Shown: positions 1-12,000 of the stretch, in pieces
Numbering within the stretch: position 1 is the first letter of the stretch
Layout of the letters: each line of letters opens with the position of its first letter
From: Amphiscolops sp. MND2022
Lineage: Eukaryota
DNA: 64,000 nucleotides
Reading direction: 5' to 3'
Assembly: GCA_964187785.1 (NCBI GenBank)
Contig: OZ076409.1
Coordinates: 46,192,001 to 46,256,000 of the forward strand
Notes under the pieces: generated by a model
What the model was told of the DNA's origin: nothing
What the model saw: the letters and a program-made list of their open reading frames with translations, nothing else
Databases searched by the model: none
Made by a program: the position numbers and the translations under genes

Positions 1-551
1 GGGCCCCCGGCTAATGCCAAACCTGTTGTGATGAGTGCTTTTTATACAGATGCAGTAAAATCAAGTGCTAGAAAGTTTGGTGCGAAATAAAAAGTTTGAA
101 AACTTTTTGAATTTATTGCCGAGTATCTAAAGTTGCTAATGCTATTCCAGTGCTAGAACCCATTGCTGGTGTCGAACATATGGAAGCCTGCTAGGGCCCA
201 AAAACTGGGTAATGACCTTTCTCTGGGCAACGACTTCCGTTTAGATTCCTGAAGTACTATGTTACAACAGCATCACTGGATGATGGCAACCAAGATATGA
301 ACATCCACTCTCGTTTGTCGAGGACGACAAACTACGGCCCGGGGAGGATGTAACGTCCAGCAGTCGGCGAACGAGTTTTACAAAATTTCGATGAAAATTC
401 GAAATGTGCGATTCAAAATGGCCAACCTGACAGGTACTGGAAATTAAAAAGGATGATGGAAAAGAGGAAAAAGACACCACACACCCCCACCCAGCCCAAG
501 AGAGAACACCCCGCCGTAGAAGCATCCCCGAAATCGCCGTGTGGTGCCATC

Positions 552-1786
552 CAGGGATTTCGATTCCTTAAAGTTCCAGAATCGGAATCGCCATGATGAG
601 AGTCGAATCGGGAATAGGAATCGGGTCGATTCTGGACCTCGGAATCGGGAATCGGAATCGAATGCCAAGCTACTCTGAAATGGAATCGAATCGAATGTAT
701 TATTAACTAAAAATAGTTATAATTATATAATTACGATTAACTCAAACTTGGGCAACAAAAACAAAAATTATGACAACTTAAGTTTTTCAAATCAAGCAAA
801 CATGATCAAAAACAAGTAGAATTACATGCGGGAAAACAATATTTTGCGATTTAAGAACACGTTTCTTGAATTACTGGCGGTAGACAAGCGGTTCTGAAGA
901 AAATTTCTACTCAATCTCGCAAAGGAAAACATCCGTTCTGTATCCACGCTGGTTGGGCGAAAGATGTCAAGCCATTCTAAGATCTCAAAGTTGTCCATCT
1001 CAGTTCATGCTTCAAAATCATGGAACGATATGCCACTAGCTTCACTATACATGTGATCAGCAATTGGAATTTGGACAGATAACTCATCCGATAAAGCCTT
1101 GGCCCGCACTTTCTCAAAAATTGGACATGTTTCATGCAAAATGCTTTGCACCACTTGATTGCTCTTAATCCATTTGGTGAGAACTGACGTGATTGGTCCA
1201 GTTTATAAAAGTTCTCTGCGTCCAAGATGTTGCAAAGACTTAATCACTTTAATCACAAATAGGATGACTTGTACGGAATTTGCGACTGATCCGCTGTTGC
1301 TTCTCGCTTTCCTGTGCATTTCCCAGCATGCTTCGTCACAGCAGAAGTGGAAGAATAGGGGCTTTTATTGCAACTGTCACACTCCACACATTTCCGATAT
1401 TCTGTCTTTTGCCCATTTTTATATTCAACCAAAAATTGCGACGACCACGAATGACCCTTCTCAGTTTTGTACTCATAGACCACAGCCACATCATGTTGGT
1501 TGTCAGTTTCGGACATTTTTTATTTCTTAAAAATAAAAACAAATTAAAACAAAGTTGTTTTTTAATTCCTAAAAAAAAACAAATTCCATGAAAAAAAGTG
1601 TAGTGCGTCTTCTCAAAAAAAGAGAATCGGAACCGACCCGTTTTTTGTCTTGGACCTTGGATTAATCTGGATCACCGCCCTGGGAATCGGGAATCGAAAA
1701 TCGAATTTGAAAAATTTGGAATCGAGAATCGAGCGCTTGAGAATCGGGAATCGGAATCGAAAATCGAATCGGGATCGATAACCCTG
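552..1786 (-). mobile_element. Internally deleted hAT DNA transposon (BED finger and hATC remnants)
   Basis: Imperfect TIRs CAGGGATTTCGATTCC (552-567) and GGGATCGATAACCCTG (1771-1786). The 8-bp flanks gtgccatc/ttgccatc match at 7/8. GAATCG subterminal arrays occur at both ends. The minus strand encodes a BED-like Cys/His cluster (CVECDSC..STSAVTKHAGKC, 1253-1516) and the hAT dimerization motif RPTSVDTERMFS (~925-960). It is too short to encode the catalytic core. Confidence 0.85.
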
Positions 1787-1794
1787 TTGCCATC

Positions 1795-2513
1795 TGTATA
1801 AAACCATAATCAGACCACAGTTATCATATGCGGAGCCGATATGGGCCCAAAGAAACTATGCAAGCCTAAAGATTGTACAAAATCGAATCATTCGCTCCAT
1901 AATGAAACACAGCATGTCTCCAAAGATAACAGCTATTGAAGTGTTGATGGGGGTTCCTCCTATAGATATTTATTGTTCTTCAATTGAAATAAAATTTTTA
2001 TTCAAAGCGGTGAATAAAGATGATTTAGTTACCGCGACGCATGTCAAAACATTGACTAGACCCAGTAGTCTCTCCTCCCTTCTCCTATGCAAACTGAGGA
2101 GATTTGAAAGAACTCATATGTCTCATTCTTACACTCGGGACTCCATCAATGCCTTCATCAGGGATAACTGGAACCGCAGATGGAACAGTCCGTATAATGA
2201 CAATTTCTTCAGGAATTTCATTTCCAACTTGCCACAAGAAACGAATCATTCACCTTTACTGGACGGAAACCCTTTGATTGCCATTATGATAAGCGATCTT
2301 CACATCGGAAGGTCACGAAGACTAGCTGAAAACTTATGGAAACTGAGCCGCACACCATCGCCCATGTGTACTTGTGGAACGTCAGAGCAGAACAGCTACC
2401 ACTATTTTTTCTATTGTCCAAATTATTGTAATTTCAGACCATTTCATCTCAATTCTTTTGATCTTTTCATCTCTGATGACAGAAATTTCATCTCCGGTAC
2501 AAATACTATTTAA
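1795..2513 (+). mobile_element. Non-LTR retrotransposon (LINE) ORF2 3' fragment
   Basis: Reads LYKTIIRPQLSYAEPIW...EVLMGVPPID...CTCGTSEQNSYHYFFYC, which matches the post-RT region and C-terminal CCHC knuckle typical of LINE ORF2. Confidence 0.8.
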
Positions 2514-3160
2514 TGAACTGAAACTGCCGTAGGCGATACTGCCGTAGGCCGTACTGCCTAATATGTATCCACTATATTGTAACTGTTCTTAAATTGTTCT
2601 GTTTCATATCTGCCCGCAAAGAGGGGCTTCATTTTAGAATTTATGTATATCTCTCTTGGAAGACGTCCCAGTTACCAGCGGAACCCGAAAATGGCCCAGA
2701 AGATGAAGAAACTCAGAAGTTTGCATATTTTGCATGTGCCACCTAGCAGGTCAAAGACTAGCTGACACTGACGCCTGATGTTTCTTCAATCTATTGTACC
2801 GTATTTGTGGTTTTTGCGGATATTTGGTGATGTTTAACCCCTCTTATTCTTATTTTAGACGTTATTCATCTAATTAAAATGTACTTTAGCTAAACCCCTG
2901 TTTTCGGATCTCGGAGGTATGTGGGAAGTCACAGGAACCTTTAGGTACGTTTTTACAGGCTTGTGGGATCCGGATTTTGAGTGCGCCGGCACGTCGCCAC
3001 GGAGCTCTAACTGAAGATCCTCCTTTGACGTTTGAAAACCATTTTTCTGTTTTTTTAGACGTTTTTCTGTGATTTAGACGTTCTTCCCATTTTTTAGACG
3101 TATGTTGACAATTTTTCTGTATTTTGGACGTTCTTCCTCTTTTTAGATGTTATTCCACTG

Positions 3161-6135
3161 ATGGAGACGAAAGGTGAAGTCTCGCGAACCCTCCAAAAGT
3201 ACAAATGCAACGCAAAAAGCTTCGATAATGCTGGTTTCCATCCCTCGATGCTGAGGAGGTTGGGCGCGAATGCTATACAGGCACTAACGCATTTACTCCT
3301 TTCATTGGAAAAGTGCTTGAGAAAATATTAAAGGAACGATTAGCCAAACACTTAAATCGAGTCAATGTGTGGGACAAAAATCAAGAAGGGTTCTCCAAGA
3401 ACAAAAACACTATCCGGTATCTTAACAGGTTAGTGAATCAGATAAAGGACGAGAAACAAAGCAAAAGGGAGACGGTATGCCTCTTCGTCGACTTCGAGAA
3501 GGCCTATGACTCGGTATGGAAGAAGGGCTTAGCTGTCAAGTTGTGGGGAAAAGGAGTAACGGGGAAATTTATGAACCTCTTGGACAGCTTCATGAACAAT
3601 AGGGAGATACAGCTGCAAGTAAACGAAATGAAGGGCCCCAACCGAGAATGTGGGGAATACGGGCTCCCACAAGGATCAGTGATATCTCCAATTCTCTTCA
3701 AGTTCTTCTTACATGATTTTGAGGAAAGTTTTGATGATCGGAATAACATAGCCATATACAAATTCGCTGACGACGGAACAGTCAAAGTTTCGGGAAACAA
3801 GTTGGGAGAGGCAATGTCAGAAATGAAGATTGTGATGAACGCTATCGATGTATGGACGAAACGGTGGAGAATGGTGATAAACTGTCCGAAGGACAAAACA
3901 GAACTCATTCATTTTTCACCGGCGGCAAAACAACAACAACAGTTGTATCCAATACCTCTTGGGAGCAATAGTATACAATTTACCTCAGCAACAAAAGTAT
4001 TGGGAGTCTGCATCGACAATAAACTATCTTTCGAAGATCACAGCTGTAAAATGGCGAAGAAAATGTGCAACAGATGAAGGATGATTACCAGATTAACGAT
4101 CAGGACCAATGGTCTCAATCACCAAGTCATATTAAAACTCATTACAACTACATTTCTTCCGATTCTTCTCTATGGGGGTATAGTATGGATGACAACCAAG
4201 AACTTTCGGTCGATAAATGGTATCTGGTAGGAAATGTTGAAGCGATCCATTGGGGCAATTTACAATGTAAACCAATCCATTGCAGAGGTTATTACAGGTC
4301 TACCACCGCTGTCGATCTGGAACAAGATGAACTCTATTAAACACTACCTGAAAACATTTCAACAGAGCGGGGTTTCCAAAAACGACGTGTACATGGACTA
4401 CATAACCAAAAAATTGAGTGGCTGCCCAGGATCAACAATCGCAAAAGATTTGAAAGACGTGGTTCGCTTCCTGGATTGGAAGAGAACCGAACGCCCGGAG
4501 TGTTTTACTGAAATCGAACACAGTCTAATGGAGGAGCAAAAACGTAACCTGAGTCGATTGGTCTACCTTAGCTCGAACTGTTACTCATACGACAGAAGTC
4601 TTACAGCAAAGTACTCTGAAATTCTGTGGCAGGAGTCGATAAACAATACGTTGTCGCTAGAGGGAAAAGCGAACATCCCAAAGGTGTCGTGCGAGCCCTT
4701 ACCGATTCCACCGGACTTCTCACGACTAGATGAAGTGCTGTATATGAGTTTATTTTATGAAAACAATACAATGTACCATTTTCTTTGGCAACGAAGTCTG
4801 GTAGAATCGCCCCTATGCCGATGCATGGAAGGTAAATGGTCACTTGGCTTAATGCCATTTGGCTTAAAGTCATTTGGCTTAATACAATTGGTCACTTGGC
4901 TTAATATTTTTAAGCTAAGTGTCTCGGGTATTGGTCACTTGGCTTAAAGTCATTTGACCTAAAACTACTTAGTTGAAAACACGTGGCAGATTTTGTCGAA
5001 TTTATCTTTATAACGTAGTCAGCGTATTATTATAACATGTCATATCAAGTACCCCTCGGATATGTCCCCATTTCCTCGGGTGGCTGTAAATAGGTCGAAT
5101 TTTTCTGGTCGAAAGGACTGAGGTCGAACCTCTTGATCGAATTACAGGGATCGAATGGAATACGGTCGAATTTTATCGTATTTGTTGTATGGCTCGGTCG
5201 CTTCGCTCCCTTCGCCAAGTAGCAACATTGAGGCATGGCCATATGGCACGTCGCTCCGCTTCGCTTCGCTCCTGCATTCAGGGCACTAGGGGTATGTGAA
5301 CATATCTGACTACGTTATTAAAATTTCGATCCGAGTTGTTTCGATCCCATTCAAAAATTTGATATTGTCGACCTGAGGACTAACTCTGATTTTCGATCCC
5401 GTTCCTTCGACCTATTTCCGCCCACCCCATTTTTTCTAGTGCCCTGCGGCCCCTTGGGGCCGCTTATATTCCCATCTTGCTAAGCGAGGTCGAACAGGAG
5501 CAAAGACCTAGCGGGAACGAAGATCGCGAAGCGATCGTAGTGGGAGCTGGTCTTTGCGACGGTGAGGGCGAGCGTGCATACACCGCATATGCCCCACATT
5601 AGGATATTTCCGGGAGTTGACATATTTATTCCTTGAGTTGGAATGGAGTTGGCTTAATTTTGTGGTCACTTGGCTTAAAATTTTTAAGCCAAATGACTCG
5701 ACGAAAATATTAAGCCAAATGGTATTAAGCCAAGTGACTGGTAACCGCATGGAAGATATTCAGACTGTAGAACACATTTTGTGTGATTGTCCAATGGTAG
5801 AAGATGTGAAGCGTCAACTAGATGAATTCAACCGGAAGAACCTGGGTTACGGGCGTGCAGACATTACAGTAGACCTTTTGAACTGTTCGAGGAATCCAGA
5901 ATTAGCAACAATTTGCAAGGAGATTATAAGAAACCCGAAGCTCAAATTATGGCAGCAGAAATAAGAGACAAACAGAAGTAGCTGGTTATCATAAAGACGA
6001 TTGGAATTTGCAAAAAGAACAAGCGCTCCGAAGAAAGCGCATCAGAGAAATTATAGAGAGGTCAAAACAAAGCCAGAGTACCTCTATGGACACTAAAATG
6101 CCCACAGTAGGCAGTAAAAGAAAGCATCATCATCA
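3161..6135 (+). mobile_element. 5'-truncated LINE with (CAT)n tail; RT pseudogene
   Basis: RT motifs NQEGF, FVDFEKAYDSV, GLPQGSVISP, KFADD and KVLGV. Premature stops at 4075-4077 and about 4228. The CCHC knuckle is split by an insertion. The tail is catcatcatcat, and the TSD tccactg lies at 3154-3160 and 6136-6142. Confidence 0.9.
4831..5746. mobile_element. Non-autonomous TIR element with GG termini and 8-bp TSD (Merlin-like)
   Basis: Perfect TSD gcatggaa at 4823-4830 and 5747-5754. Imperfect TIRs (ggtaaatggtcacttggcttaat... / ...attaagccaagtgactggtaacc) are built of tggcttaa repeats. Removing the element restores the LINE frame CRCMEDIQTVEHILCDC. Confidence 0.85.
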
Positions 6136-7774
6136 TCCACTGTTTAGACGTTATTCCACTGTTAAGACGTTGTTCCCGTTTAGACGTTTTTCCTTAATAT
6201 TTCAGTTTAGATGTTATTCCTTTAGACGTTATTCCCGGTGGACCTTTAGACGTTATTCCCTCCTCTAAGAGTCGATGTTGGATCAGTTCGTCGAGCGTCA
6301 TAGCTCCGTAGTATAAATTTGTTTGTTTTGTGTTGCCGTGTTTTTCTTTTTGTAAAAAATTTTCATCAAGACCTCGCCTGGTATTGTGAAATCACGTTTT
6401 GGAATTGAAAAAATACCTCTTTGGAAATTAAGGCCACATATTTTTTTTCAAATATAACAAAACGAAGTGGGTTTTGAAGTCAACGAACAATTTATAAACG
6501 TCATTCCCTCAACGCCACCTAATTTTTTTGAGTTAAAACCATGGAAACATTGTTAGCCTCGGAAAAGTGTGTGAAGAATAAATTACGGAAGCACTTGAAA
6601 CAAGCTAACAAAAAGCAGACAGACAATTATCTCCCTTTGATCGTAAATTCCTCCGGAGAACAGTCAAAACATCGCCGAATCAAAATATCGTCTGTGGATT
6701 ACGAATATACTACACCGGTCGACTGCGATAGTGGCTGGTATGAGTAGTTTGTTGGTTGTTTCTTTTTGCTACTGGGATAGTGGCTGGTATGGGGTTCCCT
6801 ACTTTCGTTGCAGACCACATGATGATACACTTGGTTGATGACGAAGATCCATGATATCTACACGAAAACAGATTTTCTGGTGTAGATTGGAAAATTGTCT
6901 TTTATCCCAAACTTTACAGTTGATGTTTCCCTTTACAGTTGATGTTTCCTGATAGACTTCAGATAATTGAAAAGTGCCCTGCGGCCCCTTAGGGCCGCTT
7001 ATGTTCCCCTAAGCGAGGTCGAACAGGAGCGAAGCCTAGTAGGAACGGAGATCGCGAAGCGATCGTAGTGGGAGCAGGTCTTTGCGACGGTGAGGGCGAG
7101 CGTGCATACACCGGATATGCTCCATATTTCAGTTTTTAGATCTGATTCCTTTAGTTCTTAGGCTGTGGATCTTAGGCGGTGAAGCTCTCAGGATCTTGTG
7201 TGAAGGATGTCCAGTTTGTAGAATTTAATGATGCAGTTTGTAGAAAAAATTTTTACAAACTGGACAACCTAGGACCAGTTTGTAAAATTCTACAAACTGG
7301 ACCTAATTCTTTTTCTACTGGGATAGTGGCTGGTATGAGTAGTTTGTTGGTAGTTTTTTTGTTGCTACCGGTTAACTGGGGTAGTGGCTAGTATGAGGTT
7401 TTCTTTCGTTGCAGACCACGGGTGTGTGTCTGCCCCCAACACGATGATACACATGGTACTTTATTGATGACGAAGGTCCATGGTATCTGATAGTGGAATG
7501 AAAAAATTTTAAATTATAATTTTGGAAACAATTTATCGTTTTATAATTATTTCGTAGAAGTTGAGAACTGCCGGCTGAACGCATCAATAGCATTTGACCT
7601 CAAAGATCGAGACAACTGGATCTCATTCTTCCTAAATTATTCAGGCCAAATTCTCCCGCCAATGGAGAACTCGTGGAATTTTAACATTGTCAGCCTAAAG
7701 ATCGATAACGACGCTTTTCTGGATTTTTTGTTAAAAATCATCGAGTTTCTAGAAAGGTTTTCTGATTTCAGAAA

Positions 7775-8959
7775 ATGGAGTTTCTCAACAGATTGAGGTT
7801 GAAATTAGTTGAGACTTCCAACATGGGAATAGGTCTCGAAAGTAGTGTAGATTTCAAAATCGAGGATACCTTGTTTGAAATCGAACCAAAGGTAGCTTTC
7901 AACTACGATACAATCAATTCAGATGAAGAATTCTGTTCCCAGGTGAAGAGTCAGCCCCGATTCATTGTTTGTTTGGCTGTTTATTTGCTTTTCAAACGCG
8001 CAAAATTGAAGTCGGATGAATTTTATTCCCTATGGTATCAAAATTTGCCTCAGCGTTTCAACTTACCATTTTTTTGGTCTGATGACTACATTTCACACCT
8101 GCCGGTTTGTTTGCGTCATGGCGTGTCCGAGATGCGAAGGCAACTTGATGAAGACTATCATGAAGTTTGTGAACTCGTCACAGATGTCGGTTGCTCGTAC
8201 GAAGACTTTAAATGGGCCTTCTCCATCGTACATACGCGGTGCTTAAAATGGCCTGCTCATATTGAATTGAGTCATACGTTTCATGTTCGCGGTGACATCG
8301 ATTATGCTTTAATCCCTTTTGCTGACTTCATCAACCATAGCTCGGACGTTCTTGTTAAAACGAGAATCAAAAATGGGCACTTTCAGCTTGTTAGTTGGTC
8401 TCCTCAGAATAAAGATAACCAAATTTTTATGAATTACGGATTTCATTCGAATGCTTACTTCTTACTTCAATACGGTTTTGTCCCCTCTGATAACCCGCAT
8501 GATTTCATCGAAATAGCTGTTGATCAAGTTTTGTTCATCACTCAATATCCCGATTGTGACAAAAAAACACTGACTGCGTTTTTTGAAGCCAACAAAGATT
8601 CATTCCTCTCTCTATATGTGTACACAGAAGGGATATCAATGAGTTTGATCAAGTTTTTTTACATAGTAATATCCGAGGAGTCATTGTGGTCACACATATT
8701 GAATGATTGTTCGGATTTGAAATTTTTGAGCAGCGATTACCACTTTTCTGCTAAAAGTCTGTTTTTACTGACACTTCGTTTCAACTTGGACATGATTTCA
8801 CGAGAACAGGAAGAGTTTTGTGCTTATTGTGAAACAAAATCTCGAGAAGACACCGAATCAGTTAACTTGTTTCTGAATAACTGGATTTCTATCTTGACAA
8901 ATAATCTAAATAAGATATCCTGCGATGATGTAACGCTGCAGTGTTTGCTAAAAATATAA
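7775..8959 (+). CDS. SETD4: SET-domain protein lysine methyltransferase, SETD4-like (intronless, 394 aa)
   Basis: Motifs GIGL, WAFSIVHTR, ALIPFADFINHS and IFMNYGFHSNAYFLLQYGFV..NPHD fit the SETD3/4/6 (Rubisco-LSMT-like) class. SETD4 is the best fit by eye. Confidence 0.75.
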   Translation: MEFLNRLRLKLVETSNMGIGLESSVDFKIEDTLFEIEPKVAFNYDTINSDEEFCSQVKSQPRFIVCLAVYLLFKRAKLKSDEFYSLWYQNLPQRFNLPFFWSDDYISHLPVCLRHGVSEMRRQLDEDYHEVCELVTDVGCSYEDFKWAFSIVHTRCLKWPAHIELSHTFHVRGDIDYALIPFADFINHSSDVLVKTRIKNGHFQLVSWSPQNKDNQIFMNYGFHSNAYFLLQYGFVPSDNPHDFIEIAVDQVLFITQYPDCDKKTLTAFFEANKDSFLSLYVYTEGISMSLIKFFYIVISEESLWSHILNDCSDLKFLSSDYHFSAKSLFLLTLRFNLDMISREQEEFCAYCETKSREDTESVNLFLNNWISILTNNLNKISCDDVTLQCLLKI

Positions 8960-9064
8960 CTCATTTCAACTTTTCTCAATTTGTTTGTAACCGGCAAAAG
9001 CTTTGAATTCTTCATATTGTTTTAGATCTATTGCTAAATTTCAATGTTTTTTTAGTTTTTATTG

Positions 9065-12000
9065 ATGGCTGCAACGGACTTCAAAACTCTTTCTGAGTTG
9101 ATCTATTTTGGTCGTATTCAACACTACGGACACATGAAGTTCATCGCCAACAATGCTATCGAAAAGTATGGTAGAGATCCTATATTAGTTTTCTTCAGAG
9201 CTTTCGCCCATCTGTTGGAGTTCAACTTGCAAGAGGCCATTCAGGACTTGGAATTAGTTAAAAACGATGAATCTGTTGAACTTTGCGCTCTGATGGCTCT
9301 TATCGTTGCTTACAAGGAGCAGTCACACACCGATAGAGAAGCAGTTGCTGCTTTGGATGAGAAGCTGAAAGAAAAACGGAAAGTTGCTGGGGATAGTGCA
9401 TTGAGATTCGCTGGTTTGTTTCTAGCTTTGTCCAGTCGACCTGACAAAGCATTGCAATATGCTGACAGAATGATCAAATTAGATGCGAATTCTTTCGATG
9501 GGTTTGTGTTGCGTGGTTGGCTGTGTCTTTTAGAGTCTCAAGTGAGACCCGATAGAGCAGACGAGCTGAGAAAAAGGGCCCAGAAAGATTTCGAAACTGC
9601 TGATGAATTACCGCATGATAGTGGCAATGAGCTAGAACTATCGTTAGGAAAAAGCAAGCTATTGGAACTCAATGGAGAGTATCAAAAAGCTACACAAGCG
9701 TTGCTGGGCATTAGACAAGCGAATTTTGCACCCAAATTGAATGAGTTGATGCGACTGGAATTGGCGATGGGTAAATGGGATAGTGCTTTCCAGTCCGCTT
9801 CTGAAATTGCTAACGATGCCAAAGAATCTACTCAACTATTTGCTTTGAGCATGCTCGTCCTATACAAAATTGCATATGACGGTAGCTACACCGAGGCAAG
9901 TAATGACATGCGCAAGTTCTTTGATGTCTTGCATCAAAAAGAGGCCCAAAATATGTCGCTATACGTCTTTTATTGTAAGTTATTCAGTACCCTTTGCGGC
10001 CGGAATATGCTCATCTTGAGACAAACCAATTCAATTATGCATTCTTTGATCACGTCGTTTGAAAAGACTTCTGCAAGTTTGATCGAATATGCCAATCAAA
10101 TGTTGATGGCAGCTCAATCGAAAGAAGATGTCGAAGCGGCTATGAAAGTCTTCATAAAAGCGATGGAAGTTGATCCCGACAACAGTCGCGCTATGCTGGG
10201 TTTCAATCATTGTAAAATACTTCTAAGTAAGACGAAAGAATTCGAGAAAATATTCAAAGAGTTGGAGCTTTTGAAAGAAACAATGATTGCTACGGCGAGC
10301 ACCCAAGAAGAGAAATCATTCGTGGCTGAAGTGATGTATGTTCAAGCGCTAATTCTTCAGCACAAAAATAAATTCGAAGAAGTGGGTTTGCTGTTGCGTA
10401 AAGCCTTCGAGTATCATCAACAGTCTTTCACTAAAGTGTGCCTTAGTCCTGAGTACTTGTATGCTCTCAACATAGACTTTAGAATGCAGATTGTTCGATG
10501 TTTGGTCAAATGCTTCTCACCTGAACCTTTGCAGGCTGGTAAAGACCCTCCCATGGTTATGGTGTTCGCCAAAAATGTCTTGGATGTAATCTCTGGCACT
10601 GTACCTGGATTAACAGAGGCCAAGTTTTATCAAGCCAAAATAAAATATTATACCGGAGATCTTGATGGTGCTTGTAATATTCTCCAGGACTGTATCGATC
10701 GCACCAAGGAAGCAGATATGTCTGAAGCTGACATGCTACTTGCAAATATTCTGGTTGAAATGAACCAAGTGTCACGTGCCGAGCAATGCCTGTCAACAGC
10801 ACTGTCTTTGAACTTCGCTATCAGACAAACAGCAAGCTACCATATTGTCAAAGCTAAAATTCAAGCCAAATCTAATCAGATGACGGAATGTCGGAAAACT
10901 TTGGAAGCTGCTATAAATTTACCTGGGGTGCGGAAAATAACATCGAGGCAAGGGTCAGCGGGAGTAGGAACAGGAGCGAGAGAAACAACCACCCTTGTTG
11001 CTGATTCAGACAGGCTCTCTATTTTCTTGGACCTCAGTGAAGCTTTGCGCGCGGAGAACAATGTGCATGAAGCTGCGAAAATTATGCAAGACGCAATAAA
11101 TGAGTTCAGAGGCACAAGTGAGGAATCCAGAGTTATGATAGCAAACGCTAATCTGGATTTGTCAAGAGGTGATACCGAATCAGCGCTGTCTAATTTGAAG
11201 AAAATTGAATCTGACAAACCCTATTACATTCAAGCTAGAGAAAAAATGGCCGAAATATACTTGAACCATCGCAATGATAAGAGGTTGTATGCGCAATGTT
11301 ACAAGGATTTAGTCGAGAAACAACCGAACGCAAGAACGAAAATGTTACTTGGAGATGCTTACATGAATATTTTGGAAATAGACAAAGCTGTAATGACCTA
11401 CCAAAGTGCATATCAAGAAAACCAAAGCGACGTTCAGATAATTAAGAAAATCGCTCAAGCCTCGGTCAAAATGCATTATTACACCCAAGCAATTCAGTAC
11501 TACCGAAGTGCTTATAAGAAGGACGCTTCAATAAAGCATGATTTGGTTGCTTTATTGATTCGATTGCATCAGTATGACGAGGCACTAAAGTTACTGGACG
11601 AAGCTGAGCCCCAAGAGCAAACGTATGACTTGACTCGTCTGATAGACAATTCCAAGTGTTTGATTGCTCGATCGAAAATTTGCAAGAGCAAAAAACAAAT
11701 CGAGCAGTATGAAACATACCTGAAAAAAGCGCAAATACAGCAACGTGAGGTGTTACGTCGTGTCAAAGCCGAACAGCCAGAACTGAATACGGAACAAATT
11801 GATTTTGCATTGCATATTGTGAATGAATTAGCAGAGTTGGCCATCGATAAAGGCAATCTGGAAGAGGCAATAGAGCTGTACGAGCGGGCAGCCAAGTTCA
11901 AAGATAGAGGAAGTGATACAAAAATGAAAATGAAGATTATAAAGCTGTACATGCAAACCGGAAATTTGGAAGAATGCGAAACTCAATGTGTCAATCTGAT

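Larger units (their letters stand above)
3040..6266 (+). repeat. TTTAGACGTT(A)TTCC tandem-motif array split by the LINE
   Basis: Degenerate ~20-bp tttagacgtt(a/c)ttcc units at about 3040-3160 resume at 6137-6266 directly across the LINE TSD. Confidence 0.7.

Noticed and set aside
27..253. Box C (gtgatga) and box D (ctga) suggesting a C/D snoRNA
   Set aside because: The spacing of about 220 nt is long, no terminal stem is evident, and both motifs occur easily by chance.
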